Of a stretch of DNA of 64,000 bases, positions 43,054 to 53,156 are shown in pieces. The stretch is from Candidatus Nomurabacteria bacterium (lineage in GTDB: Bacteria > Patescibacteriota > Minisyncoccia > Phycocordibacterales > UBA9973). Within the stretch, counting starts at the first letter, position 1. Every line of letters starts with the position of its first letter. The DNA lies in NCBI GenBank assembly GCA_023267375.1, contig JAHFNJ010000005.1:1285-65284 (forward strand), given 5' to 3'. The notes beneath the pieces are model-generated. The model did not search any database. It saw only the letters and a list, made by a program, of their open reading frames with translations, and was not told where the DNA came from. The translations under genes were made by a program, and so were the position numbers.

Positions 43054-46035
43054 ATGATTTCACGAATCTATGTCGCTCAAAAAGCGATAGATAGCCGTGC
43101 CAAAGTGTTGCAAAATTCCTGGAATAAATTGGGTCTTTCTGGTCGCGTGACGGGTGTGACATTGCTTGATTCGTACACCATCCACGCTTCGCTTACATCT
43201 TCGCATCTCAAAAAAGCAGCTTCTGCGCTTTGTAATCCCTCACTTGAAATTGCGACTATCAGCAAGTTGCCGAAAGTTGCCTCGTATACGTATGTCATTG
43301 AAATCGGCTTTATGCCAGGGGTAACAGACAATGTTGCTAAGACGGCAGAAGAGGCGATCGCGGACACGCTCCATCGACCCTTTAAAAAGGGTGAAGCAAT
43401 TTATACCTCAAAAGTTTTTTTTGTTTCAGGAACACTTTCCAAAAAAGATGCTGAACTAATCGCCGGATCACTCCACAATCCGCTTATTGAGCGTGCTGCT
43501 ATCTTTTCAAAAAATGAAATTGCCAAGAAGGGAACATTGCCACTTGTGGTACCAGAAGTGGTACTACCAAAACGTACGCCAGTCATCCCTGTATCGCTCG
43601 CCTTGCCGGACGAAGAACTCATTCGTATCGGTAAAGAGGGTATCTTTGATGCTGAAATCGGTACGCGTCGCGGTCCGCTTGCGCTTGATCTTGCTTCAAT
43701 GCGTGTTATTAAAGACTATTTCAAAAAACTGAAACGCAATCCGACCGACATTGAGCTTGAATCGCTTGCGCAGACGTGGAGCGAGCACTGCAAGCACACT
43801 ATTTTTGCGAACTCGATCGACGACATCAAAGATGGTTTGTATAAAACCTATATCAAAGGCGCGACGAATATTATCCGTCAGAAAAAAGGAACAGATGATT
43901 TTTGTCTCTCTGTTTTCTCTGACAATGCTGGCGGTATTATGTTTGATAATGATTATTTGGTAACGCATAAAGTTGAAACGCACAACAGTCCTTCAGCGCT
44001 TGATCCGTTTGGTGGGGCCATCACTGGTATCGTCGGTGTGAATCGCGATACGATCGGTTTCGGTCTGGGAGCTAAACCTGTCGCAAACTGCTACGGCTTT
44101 TGTTTCGGTGATCCGTTCGATACGCGTCCGCTCTATCGCGATAAAAATCGCACACAAAAAATGCTTTCACCCCGCCGCATTATGGATGGGGTAATCAAGG
44201 GTGTGAATGTCGGCGGCAACTGCTCAGGCATTCCAACCTTAAACGGTTTCGTGCGATTCGATGACCGTTTCCGCGGCAAGCCACTCGTCTTTGTGGGAAC
44301 AGTAGGACTCATGCCGCGCGAGAAAAAAGGAAAACGGCTTGATGAAAAAGAAGCGAAGGCTGGCGACTACATCGTGGTGGTTGGTGGACGTGTGGGTGCC
44401 GACGGTATTCATGGGGCGACATTCTCTTCAGTGGTGATGGATACATCGTCGCCAGCAACTGCAGTGCAGATCGGGGATCCCATTACCCAGAAAAAATTAT
44501 CTGACGCGATTGTGAAAGAAGCGCGTGATCTTGGACTGTACTCAAGCATTACCGACAACGGTGCTGGCGGTATTTCTTGTTCAGTCGCAGAAATGGCAAA
44601 GGAGTGCGGCGGGGCGAAAGTACATCTCGAAAAAGTGCCGCTGAAGTATCCTGGCCTTCAGCCATGGCAGATTTGGATCTCTGAATCGCAGGAACGCATG
44701 ACACTTTCGGTGCCGAAGAAAAAGTGGAAGGCATTTCAATCGCTTATGAAAAAGCGCGGTGTTGAAGCGACTATTATCGGTGAATTCACGAGCTCAGGAA
44801 ACATGGTAGTGAACTGGAAAGGTAAGAAGATTATGGATTTGCCGCTTGAATTTTTGCACAATGGTTTGCCAAAACACCAACTTCAATCTGAGCAAGTTGT
44901 TCACACATACAAAACACCAGCACTTCCGAAAGGTGGCGATCGTACAAAGATACTTGAAGAATTGGTGGCGGTAGGGAATATCGGTAGTTTTGATTGGATT
45001 TCTACACAATACGATCACGAGGTACAGGCTGGATCAGTGGTGAAGCCACTTTCCGGTCGGGGTCGTATCAACACTGATGCACAGGTATTTCGTCCACTGC
45101 TTTCATCAAAAAAAGGTGTCGTTCTTTCGTCGGCGCTCTATCCTTCATATTCTGATCTCGACACCTACGCTATGGCAGCAGCAGCAATTGATACAGCAAT
45201 CAGAAATGCGGTAGCAGTTGGCGGATCGCTCGATATGCTCGCTATCCTCGATAACACCTGTTGGTGCTCCTCGTATGATAAAAATCGCCTAGCAGAACTC
45301 GTGGATGCCATCCGTGCTTGCTACGATGTGGCCGTGGGTTTTGAAACGCCGTTTATTTCCGGAAAGGACAGCATGTTTAATGATTTCAAAGGCTACGATG
45401 GGAAAGGGAATCCAGTAAAAATTTCTATTCCGCCAACATTACTCATTTCAGCTATTGGAGTAATGTCTGATCTCCACAAAGCTGTTACGCCAGAATTTAA
45501 AAATGCTGGTGATTCTATTTACTTACTCGGTGAGACAAAAGATGAACTTGGTGCATCTGAATATTTCAAACTCCTTGCGAAAAAACAGAAGTCTGAAGCA
45601 CTTGGGAAAAATGTGCCGAAAGTTGATATTGAGAAAAACAAAAAGACGTATCGTGCACTTGAAAAGGCAATTGGGCTTGGCTTGGTTGCATCGTCGCTCT
45701 CAGTGACTTCTGGTGGGCTTGCTGCAGCGCTTGGAAAAGCGGTTGTTGGGGGTATGCTTGGTGCAACTATCTCACTCAAGAATCTTCCTGGTGAAAAACT
45801 GTCTGTGGATCAAGCGCTTTTTTCTGAAAGCCAAGGACGTATTTTGGTTTCAGTTGCGCCGCAAGATATTACCGATTTTGAAGAAATCATGAAAGAAGTA
45901 CCACATGCAGAAATCGGTATTGTTTCAGCTGGGCGTGCACTCGTTGTGAATGATGCAAAAAATAAAGTAGTCGTTAAGACAACCGTTGATAAATTGAATA
46001 AGGCGTACCGAATGTTATCAACAAAAGTCGCATAA
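43054..46035 (+). CDS. purL: Phosphoribosylformylglycinamidine synthase subunit PurL with N-terminal PurS-like/N-domain extension
   Basis: 993 aa. Two AIRS/AIRS_C repeats (...GGAITGIVGVNRDT..., ...DNGAGGISCSVAEMA...). The ~220-aa N-terminal region resembles the N-domain of large-type FGAM synthase. Confidence 0.85.
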   Translation: MISRIYVAQKAIDSRAKVLQNSWNKLGLSGRVTGVTLLDSYTIHASLTSSHLKKAASALCNPSLEIATISKLPKVASYTYVIEIGFMPGVTDNVAKTAEEAIADTLHRPFKKGEAIYTSKVFFVSGTLSKKDAELIAGSLHNPLIERAAIFSKNEIAKKGTLPLVVPEVVLPKRTPVIPVSLALPDEELIRIGKEGIFDAEIGTRRGPLALDLASMRVIKDYFKKLKRNPTDIELESLAQTWSEHCKHTIFANSIDDIKDGLYKTYIKGATNIIRQKKGTDDFCLSVFSDNAGGIMFDNDYLVTHKVETHNSPSALDPFGGAITGIVGVNRDTIGFGLGAKPVANCYGFCFGDPFDTRPLYRDKNRTQKMLSPRRIMDGVIKGVNVGGNCSGIPTLNGFVRFDDRFRGKPLVFVGTVGLMPREKKGKRLDEKEAKAGDYIVVVGGRVGADGIHGATFSSVVMDTSSPATAVQIGDPITQKKLSDAIVKEARDLGLYSSITDNGAGGISCSVAEMAKECGGAKVHLEKVPLKYPGLQPWQIWISESQERMTLSVPKKKWKAFQSLMKKRGVEATIIGEFTSSGNMVVNWKGKKIMDLPLEFLHNGLPKHQLQSEQVVHTYKTPALPKGGDRTKILEELVAVGNIGSFDWISTQYDHEVQAGSVVKPLSGRGRINTDAQVFRPLLSSKKGVVLSSALYPSYSDLDTYAMAAAAIDTAIRNAVAVGGSLDMLAILDNTCWCSSYDKNRLAELVDAIRACYDVAVGFETPFISGKDSMFNDFKGYDGKGNPVKISIPPTLLISAIGVMSDLHKAVTPEFKNAGDSIYLLGETKDELGASEYFKLLAKKQKSEALGKNVPKVDIEKNKKTYRALEKAIGLGLVASSLSVTSGGLAAALGKAVVGGMLGATISLKNLPGEKLSVDQALFSESQGRILVSVAPQDITDFEEIMKEVPHAEIGIVSAGRALVVNDAKNKVVVKTTVDKLNKAYRMLSTKVA

Positions 46036-46037
46036 GT

Positions 46038-47765
46038 ATGGAAACTCGCAACTGTCAAAACTGCAAAAAAGATTTTACGATCGATCCAGAAGATTTTTCT
46101 TTTTATGAGAAGATAAAAGTCCCACCACCAACATTTTGTCCTGAGTGTAGAAATATACGTAGGACTATTTGGAGAAACGAAAGAACTCTCTATAAGAATG
46201 AGTGCAATCTTTGTAAAAAAGGCATTGTTTCAATTTATTCCCCAGATAAACCATACAAGATTTATTGTGATAAATGTTTTCACGGAGATGGATGGGATCC
46301 TTTTGAACACGGTGTCGATGTAGATTTTACAAAACCATTCTTACAGCAATTTATGGAGTTGCAATTGAAAGCCCCCCGTCTCTATTCTCTTGTTTTCCAG
46401 AATCACAACAGCGAATATGTAAACGGTGCCGCATTCAATAAAAACTGTTACTTGATCTTCGTAAGCGATTACAACGAGGACTCGATGTACTCATATTCTC
46501 TGGTAAAATCGAAGAATACGCTCGACTGTCTCAATTCTTCTGAGTGTGAACTGTGCTATGGGGATATCTCATGTAATAAATGCTATCGCGTTATTTTTTC
46601 AGAGGATTGTCAAAATTCACAAGAATTGATGTTCTGCAAGAATTGCGTCAATTGTAGCGATTGTATCCTTTGTGTGAATCAAAGGAATAAGAAATACTGT
46701 ATAGAAAATATACAGTATACAAAAGAAGAGTATCTGAAAAAGAAGGAAGAATTATATACCGCAAGCAGCAAGAGTTTAGATTTACTGAAGAAGAGATTCA
46801 ATGAATTTAAGAAAGGTTCCATCAATAAATATATTAATGGATTCCAAAACCAGGACGTTTTGGGAAATTTTGTAAATAATTCCAAGAACTCAAAATTTAT
46901 TTTTAACTCTGAAAATGTTGAAGATTCAAAGTATATAAATCATGGCAATAAGATAAAATCTGTTTATGATGCGTACGTTGTAGTCGATGGAACTACTGAT
47001 AGCTATGAAATAGTTTCCGCGATTGCTTTAAATAATGTTATTTCTGGGTATTCTATATGGCATGATTACAATGTTTTCTATTCTGATACTTGCGAGAATT
47101 CAAATAATCTATTCGGTTGCGTCGATTTGAAAAATAAATCCTACTGCATACTCAATAAACAATACACAAAAGAAGAATATGAAAATCTTGTTCCTAAAAT
47201 CATCAAACATATGGAAGAGATGCCTTATACAGATAGATTGGGAAGAACGTATAAATATGGTGAATTTTTTCCAGCAGAATTAACCCCATTTTGCTATAAC
47301 GAAACAATTGCCCAGGAATATTTCCCATTAACTAAAGAACAAGCTTTAGAACAGGGATATGAATGGAAAGATAAAGAAGAAAGAAGTTATAAAATCGATA
47401 TCGCATTAGAACATATTCCAGATGTTATTGAGGAAGTAAAAGATGATATTACCAATAAAATAATAGAATGTGGTCATAAAGGAAATTGTAATCATCAATG
47501 TACAGAAGCATTCAAGATAATTGCTGATGAGCTTAAATTTTATAAAAGAATGAATCTTCCTATACCGCAACTCTGTCCTAACTGCAGACATTACGAACGA
47601 TTGTTACAACGCAATCCTCTGAAACTTTGGCATCGTTCTTGTATGTGTTCCCAAGACAATCATGATCACTCAGGAAATTGTCAAAACGAGTTTGAAACTT
47701 CGTATGCCCCAGATAGACCTGAAAAAGTATATTGTGAAAGTTGTTACCAAAAAGAAGTATTGTAA
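46038..47765 (+). CDS. Cys-rich multi-zinc-ribbon protein of unknown function inserted in the pur operon
   Basis: 575 aa, about 45 Cys. Related N- and C-terminal modules: F.ID.EDF.FY.KI..P.P..CP.CR..R.......L......C.........Y.PD.P..I.YC..C. Internal repeats of CxxC...YC(I/L)(E/L)N.QYTKEEY were found. About 30% GC against ~48% for the flanking purL and purQ. The ATG lies 3 nt after the purL stop. Confidence 0.55.
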   Translation: METRNCQNCKKDFTIDPEDFSFYEKIKVPPPTFCPECRNIRRTIWRNERTLYKNECNLCKKGIVSIYSPDKPYKIYCDKCFHGDGWDPFEHGVDVDFTKPFLQQFMELQLKAPRLYSLVFQNHNSEYVNGAAFNKNCYLIFVSDYNEDSMYSYSLVKSKNTLDCLNSSECELCYGDISCNKCYRVIFSEDCQNSQELMFCKNCVNCSDCILCVNQRNKKYCIENIQYTKEEYLKKKEELYTASSKSLDLLKKRFNEFKKGSINKYINGFQNQDVLGNFVNNSKNSKFIFNSENVEDSKYINHGNKIKSVYDAYVVVDGTTDSYEIVSAIALNNVISGYSIWHDYNVFYSDTCENSNNLFGCVDLKNKSYCILNKQYTKEEYENLVPKIIKHMEEMPYTDRLGRTYKYGEFFPAELTPFCYNETIAQEYFPLTKEQALEQGYEWKDKEERSYKIDIALEHIPDVIEEVKDDITNKIIECGHKGNCNHQCTEAFKIIADELKFYKRMNLPIPQLCPNCRHYERLLQRNPLKLWHRSCMCSQDNHDHSGNCQNEFETSYAPDRPEKVYCESCYQKEVL

Positions 47766-47814
47766 AAATGACCGACAACTAATTTCAATGAAAAAAATAA
47801 CCAAAAAAATAAAT

Positions 47815-48591
47815 ATGAAACCAAAAGCGTTGATTCTTTCCGGTTACGGACTCAACTGTGAGGAAGAAGCAAAATTTGCTTTTGAGATGGCCGGCGGGGA
47901 AGGAGATATTATACACATCAACGATTTGATTGTGAAGCCAGCGATGCTTTTGAAATACCAGATTTTGGTTTTTCCTGGTGGTTTTTCATACGGTGATGAT
48001 ACAGGATCCGGTAAAGCGTATGCGAATAAATTGCGGAATCACTTGAAAAAGGAACTCGATGTATTTATCAAGCGCGACACACTTACGATTGGTATTTGTA
48101 ATGGTTTTCAGATTATTACAAGCTTGGGCCTTGTGCCTGGCGCATTAACGCACAACGAAAGCGCGCAGTACATTGATCGCTGGGTTGATTTGAAAGCAGA
48201 AGGAGATAGCCCATGGCTTACCGGGATTGAGAAAATATCGGTGCCAATTGCTCACGGCGAAGGACGTTATATTATCGACGAAAAAGAATATAAGAAAATG
48301 AAAGCAAATGGTCAGATTGCATTTACCTATACCAAAGGGGATATGTGTGCGTACCAAAACTTACCATCAAATCCAAACGGAGCGATGTATGATATTGCTG
48401 GGGTGCTGTCATACGATGGCCGCGTGTTAGGTATGATGCCGCATCCAGAACGTGCCCTCTTTTTCCATCATTTACCAGACTGGACCGAAAAACGTGAACA
48501 ACTACGCCGTAAAGGTATTACTGAAATCCCTGAAGAAGGTCCAGGGCTTGCGCTTTTTAAGAACGCTGTAAACTACTTTAAGAATAAATAG
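47815..48591 (+). CDS. purQ: Phosphoribosylformylglycinamidine synthase glutamine amidotransferase subunit PurQ
   Basis: Starts MKPKALILSGYGLNCEEE. ...GICNGFQII... is the catalytic Cys and ...MMPHPER... is the His. The track start at 47662 is an upstream extension overlapping the previous gene. Confidence 0.8.
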   Translation: MKPKALILSGYGLNCEEEAKFAFEMAGGEGDIIHINDLIVKPAMLLKYQILVFPGGFSYGDDTGSGKAYANKLRNHLKKELDVFIKRDTLTIGICNGFQIITSLGLVPGALTHNESAQYIDRWVDLKAEGDSPWLTGIEKISVPIAHGEGRYIIDEKEYKKMKANGQIAFTYTKGDMCAYQNLPSNPNGAMYDIAGVLSYDGRVLGMMPHPERALFFHHLPDWTEKREQLRRKGITEIPEEGPGLALFKNAVNYFKNK

Positions 48592-48635
48592 AGCTAGAAT
48601 ATTTTCTTGCTTCATGCTCATAAAAAACCAAAAGT

Positions 48636-49181
48636 ATGAAAAAGTCGTCTCTTACGATGGATAATGAATGGTATGTCATCACCGGGGCTCCGTGTTCAGG
48701 TAAGACAACTGTTTTAAATGGGCTTGTTGCTCGTGGCTACAATGTCGTGCCAGAAATTGCTCGAGCTTACATTGACGAGTCACTAGCAAAAGGTGTTTCG
48801 GTTGAAGAATTGCGTAAAGATGAAGTTTCATTTCAAAAAGAAATTTTGCACAGAAAAATTGAAGAAGAGAAAAAACTTTTACCGCACACAATAGTATTTT
48901 TTGATCGTGGTATTCCAGATACCTGGGCATATCTGGTATTCCATGGCATCAAAGATAAAGCACTTTTACAGAAGTCTCTTCTCGGAAAGTATCAAAAAGT
49001 ATTTATCCTTGATCCCTGTCCATTCAAGAAGGATTATGCTCGGATAGAAACAGAAGCTGACCAGAAAGAACTCCATCGGCTCATTGTCGAAGGGTACGAC
49101 AAAACAGGCATCCCGATCGTGCACGTGCCAATTCTTGAGACGAAAGAAGCGCGTGTTGATTTTATATTGAAACACCTATAA
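48636..49181 (+). CDS. P-loop NTPase, AAA_28 / nicotinamide-riboside-kinase-like family
   Basis: 181 aa. Walker A is ITGAPCSGKTT. ...VVPEIARAYIDE...VFFDRGIPDTWAY... resembles the NadR-C/NRK-type small kinase fold. Confidence 0.55.
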   Translation: MKKSSLTMDNEWYVITGAPCSGKTTVLNGLVARGYNVVPEIARAYIDESLAKGVSVEELRKDEVSFQKEILHRKIEEEKKLLPHTIVFFDRGIPDTWAYLVFHGIKDKALLQKSLLGKYQKVFILDPCPFKKDYARIETEADQKELHRLIVEGYDKTGIPIVHVPILETKEARVDFILKHL

Positions 49182-49190
49182 AATGCTTGT

Positions 49191-50657
49191 ATGAAACGTG
49201 AAAATTCCGCGGAATCCTTTTCTTTTTCTTCTGAAACGGAACCAATAGACGATACGCTTCGTGAAAAATGCGGTATTTTCGGCATATACGGAACAGGCGA
49301 TACTGCCGCTCACACTCTCTTCTATGGGCTCTTTGCATTGCAGCATAGAGGACAAGAAGGTTCAGGTATGTGTGTTTCAGATGGTGAGGAACTCCACTCG
49401 CACAAAGGTATAGGGCTCGTCTCTCAGATCTACAACGAAGAGCATATGCAAAAACTTGTCGGAAGTATCGGCATTGGACACAACCGCTATTCGACATCGC
49501 GCGGAGGGCAAGCACTTCTCGAAGATGTGCAGCCATTCGTTTCAAAAACAATGAGAAGCTCACTCGCACACAATGGTAACTTGCCGTCAGTTGAAGCGCT
49601 TCGAACATTTTTAAAATCAAAAAATATTGAAACTGCAGGAGCAAATGATTCACGACTCATGCATCTAGCGATTGAAGCATATCTTGATGAAGGATTTACC
49701 TTGCCAGACGCTGTAGAAAAAGCATTCCCGCTTTTTACTGGAGCGTTTTCTGTTTTGGTTATGGACAAAGAAGCAATCGTTGCGGTACGCGATAGTTTTG
49801 GCATGCGACCATTTTCCATGGGAATGATCGGAGATGATACCTATATTTTTGCGTCTGAAACGTGTGCTATCGATACTGTCGGCGGAAAGGCGCTTCGTGA
49901 TGTTAATCCTGGAGAAATGATTGTGGTAAAAGCAGGGAAGATGCAAAGCAAGCAAGTGGCGAATCCGACGCCAAAATTCGACATTTTTGAACTCGTGTAT
50001 TTTGCTCGCCCTGATTCAGTGCTTTTGGGAGAGACTGTGTATCGCGTGCGTTCAAATTTTGGCAGAGAGCTTGCCAAGGAAACAAAAATCGAAGCCGACA
50101 TTGTGATCCCTGTTCCAGAGACCGCTATTCCTTCAGCCGTCAGTTTTTCTCGTGCATCGGGTATTCCGCTTGAAATGGCACTGACGAAAAATCGTTACAT
50201 TCACCGCACATTCATTCAGCCAGACCAGCGTACGCGTGAACTTGGCGTGAAGCTCAAATTGAATGCACTCCGGGAAATTATTGATGGTAAGCGCGTGATC
50301 GTGATGGATGATTCTATCGTTCGTGGTACAACGTCGCGTGAAATTGTAAAACTTCTTTTTGCTTCTGGCGCCACTGAGGTGCATTTTCTGGTGGCTTCAC
50401 CACCGGTACGTTTTCCTGATTTTTATGGCATCGATACGCCGAAGCAAGAAGACCTGATCGCGTCGCGCATGAGTGTGGCTGATGTGGCAACATTTTTAGG
50501 TGTGACATCACTGCACTATCTTTCTGTCGATGGTATGGTACGTGCGACAGGTGTTTCTCGTGATCTTCTCTCGCTCTCTGCTTTTACTGGCGAATATCCA
50601 ATCCCACTTTTGGAACGTGAAAAAGAAGTAAATCATAATGTGTTTATCGGCGAGTAG
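49191..50657 (+). CDS. purF: Amidophosphoribosyltransferase
   Basis: ...EKCGIFGIYG (Ntn Cys after propeptide processing). PRTase motif is ...VIVMDDSIVRGTTS.... About 470-aa mature protein. Confidence 0.85.
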   Translation: MKRENSAESFSFSSETEPIDDTLREKCGIFGIYGTGDTAAHTLFYGLFALQHRGQEGSGMCVSDGEELHSHKGIGLVSQIYNEEHMQKLVGSIGIGHNRYSTSRGGQALLEDVQPFVSKTMRSSLAHNGNLPSVEALRTFLKSKNIETAGANDSRLMHLAIEAYLDEGFTLPDAVEKAFPLFTGAFSVLVMDKEAIVAVRDSFGMRPFSMGMIGDDTYIFASETCAIDTVGGKALRDVNPGEMIVVKAGKMQSKQVANPTPKFDIFELVYFARPDSVLLGETVYRVRSNFGRELAKETKIEADIVIPVPETAIPSAVSFSRASGIPLEMALTKNRYIHRTFIQPDQRTRELGVKLKLNALREIIDGKRVIVMDDSIVRGTTSREIVKLLFASGATEVHFLVASPPVRFPDFYGIDTPKQEDLIASRMSVADVATFLGVTSLHYLSVDGMVRATGVSRDLLSLSAFTGEYPIPLLEREKEVNHNVFIGE

Positions 50658-50663
50658 CCTTTT

Positions 50664-51383
50664 ATGAGAATCGCGCTTCTTACTTCTGGTGGTGGGACAA
50701 CGATGGCAGCGATTATTTCAGCATGCAAAGAGGGTGTGTTACAAAATGTAATACCTGCACTTGTGATCGCAAGCAAGGAGGATGCAGGAAGTATTGCAAA
50801 GGCGCGTACTCTCGGTATTTCAGAAAAAGATATTCTGGTTATTAATCCAAAATCATTTGAAACCCGTGAAGCATTTGGAGAAAAAATTATCGCCGAGTGC
50901 AAGGCGCGCGGTGTGGAATTTATCGGCCAATATGGTTGGATGGTGAAAACCCCAGAAAATGTTATTGCAGCATTTCCAAATATGGTAGTGAACCAGCATC
51001 CTGGTCCACTCGATACCGGACGGATCGATTTTGGTGGTCCGGGTATGTATGGCATGCGTGTGCATCAAACGCGGCTTTGTTTTGTGCAAAAGACGAACCG
51101 CGAATTTTGGACAGAAGCAACCTCGCATCGAGTGGTTGGAGAATATGACAAAGGTGCAATTGTCGGACGTGAACGAGTGCCGATTTTATCAGACGACACC
51201 ACTGAAACGCTTCAATCTCGGGTACTTCCAGTTGAACACGCTGTGCAGATTAAAACATTGCAAGATTTTGCGAATGGTACAGTACAAGAATATCATCGCG
51301 AAGAACCACTTATTCTCCCTGGCGAAGAGGTGCTGTTTGAAGAGTGTAAAGAGAATGCTATAAAATTATACCCACATGGATAA
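50664..51383 (+). CDS. purN: Phosphoribosylglycinamide formyltransferase (formyl_trans_N family)
   Basis: MRIALLTSGGGTTMAAII...NVIPALVIASKEDAGSIAKA...NQHPGPLD: PurN-like fold. The longer C-terminus is atypical for PurN. Confidence 0.7.
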   Translation: MRIALLTSGGGTTMAAIISACKEGVLQNVIPALVIASKEDAGSIAKARTLGISEKDILVINPKSFETREAFGEKIIAECKARGVEFIGQYGWMVKTPENVIAAFPNMVVNQHPGPLDTGRIDFGGPGMYGMRVHQTRLCFVQKTNREFWTEATSHRVVGEYDKGAIVGRERVPILSDDTTETLQSRVLPVEHAVQIKTLQDFANGTVQEYHREEPLILPGEEVLFEECKENAIKLYPHG

Positions 51384-52653
51384 CAAACAAACTATTTTAA
51401 TAATCGGTGGTGGCGGACGCGAACATGCCGTTGGCTGGAAAGTGGCACAATCGCCACGTGCAGGGAAACTATACTTTGCTCCTGGAAATGCTGGCACGGC
51501 AAAATTGGGCGAGAATATCTCAATCAAGGCAACTGATATCGACGGACTTTTAGATTTTGTAAAAAAAGAAAAAATCGATCTAACACTTGCTCTTCCCGAT
51601 GATCCGCTGGCTCTCGGTGTTGTAGATGCGTTTCAAAAAGAAGGGTTACGAATTTTTGGCCCAACAAAAGCCGCAGCGCAGCTTGAATCATCAAAAGCAT
51701 TTTCGAAGCATTTTATGCAGAAGCATAATTTGCCGACCGCACAATTCGAAACATTCACTGATTTTGAAAAAGCTGATGAGTATCTCAAGAATCACTCCTT
51801 GCCGGTTGTGGTGAAGGCAAGTGGTCTGGCCCTTGGAAAGGGGGTGGTAATCGCACAAACATACGAAGAAGCTCATGAAGCACTCGAGAACATGATGATT
51901 AAGAAAGTATTCGGGGAAGGTGGAACAGAAGTTGTGATTGAAGAATTTTTAACCGGACCGGAAATTTCAATTCATGCTTTTTCGGATGGGAAAAATTACT
52001 CTCTATTCCCGTCGGCTCAAGACCATAAGCGAATCGGAGAAGGGAATACAGGACTCAACACTGGCGGTATGGGTACCATTTCACCACTGCCATTTGTTGA
52101 CAGCGCACTTATGGAAAAAATCGAAAAGGAAATTGTGGCACCAACATTGGCCGCGATGGCTAGCGAAGGAATGTCGTTTCAAGGAGTACTCTACCCAGGA
52201 CTCATGCTTACGAAAGATGGTCCGAAAATTTTGGAATACAATGCACGTTTTGGCGATCCGGAAACAGAAACATATATGCGACTACTCGATACAGATTTGC
52301 TTGATATTGTGGATGCGACGATTGATGGTACGCTCGGTACGTTTGATGTAAAGTGGAAGCCTCTTTCTGCCTGCACGATTATTTTGGCTTCAGGTGGGTA
52401 TCCTGAAAAGTATGAAAAAGAAAAACCAATTTCAGGAATTGAAGAGGCCGAAAAAAATACGGACATTATCGTTTTTCACGCTGGAACAACCCTAAAAGAA
52501 GGAGTACTTGTGACAAATGGCGGACGAGTCCTTGGTGTAAGTGCTACCGGTGTCACTCTCAAAGAAGCACTTCAAACAGCTTATGAAGCTATCCCAAAAA
52601 TATCCTTTGAAGGTATCTATTATCGAAAGGATATTGGCGATAAATATATTTGA
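51376..52653 (+). CDS. purD: Phosphoribosylamine--glycine ligase
   Basis: ILIIGGGGREHAVGWKVAQSP..., an ATP-grasp core, and the C-terminal ...GGRVLGVSATG.... Confidence 0.85.
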   Translation: MDNKQTILIIGGGGREHAVGWKVAQSPRAGKLYFAPGNAGTAKLGENISIKATDIDGLLDFVKKEKIDLTLALPDDPLALGVVDAFQKEGLRIFGPTKAAAQLESSKAFSKHFMQKHNLPTAQFETFTDFEKADEYLKNHSLPVVVKASGLALGKGVVIAQTYEEAHEALENMMIKKVFGEGGTEVVIEEFLTGPEISIHAFSDGKNYSLFPSAQDHKRIGEGNTGLNTGGMGTISPLPFVDSALMEKIEKEIVAPTLAAMASEGMSFQGVLYPGLMLTKDGPKILEYNARFGDPETETYMRLLDTDLLDIVDATIDGTLGTFDVKWKPLSACTIILASGGYPEKYEKEKPISGIEEAEKNTDIIVFHAGTTLKEGVLVTNGGRVLGVSATGVTLKEALQTAYEAIPKISFEGIYYRKDIGDKYI

Positions 52654-52740
52654 TTTGTATATCAAAGCTTGCTTGGAGTCTGGTTGACTTCATTTTGCGA
52701 GTTGCTATGCTTAAATGGAATAACGTAAAAATAAGCAACA

Positions 52741-52911
52741 ATGAGTAAACAACAGCACCCTGATGACCATGAGGAAGGAGATGTTCTTCCACCCATAGAT
52801 CCGCTCAAAAAGCAGGAACCGTCGGATGCTATATCCGAACGTTTGGGAAATAATGAACCAGGAGGTCCTGGTTCGGGCTATGATACTGCAGAAGATAGAA
52901 AAGGAAAGTAA
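52741..52911 (+). CDS. Possible small acidic protein (56 aa); weak call
   Basis: ATG..TAA ORF MSKQQHPDDHEEGDVLPPIDPLKKQEPSDAISERLGNNEPGGPGSGYDTAEDRKGK, sitting in the purD-purK gap. No Shine-Dalgarno sequence. It is followed by a hairpin plus T-run at about 52935-52975. Confidence 0.2.
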   Translation: MSKQQHPDDHEEGDVLPPIDPLKKQEPSDAISERLGNNEPGGPGSGYDTAEDRKGK

Positions 52912-53156
52912 AATTGGTTAGGTTAGAAAGGAGAGAAAGAGGCGTTCCGCACATTGTGGGGCGCCTCTGATTTTTTATCTTGTCCTTACCTCTTCCTGAT
53001 GTTACAGTACTCCTATGAAATCCTGTAGTAGAACTTCAAATGATTGCTTTGTTTTTACAGACTATTGGGATGGACAGCCTTATTTATTATCAGTGTAATT
53101 AATACTTTAAAACGTTATTTTTCGCAATTAAAAACGATTTGAAGTTTCACTACGGG

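Noticed and set aside
52913-53156. Purine or ZTP riboswitch in the purD-purK gap
   Set aside because: The conserved cores (UAUA..GGAUAUGG..GUUUCUACC..CCGUAAAU for purine; GGGUCGUGAC..CCGGG..CGCCUGGGCA for ZTP) are absent on either strand.
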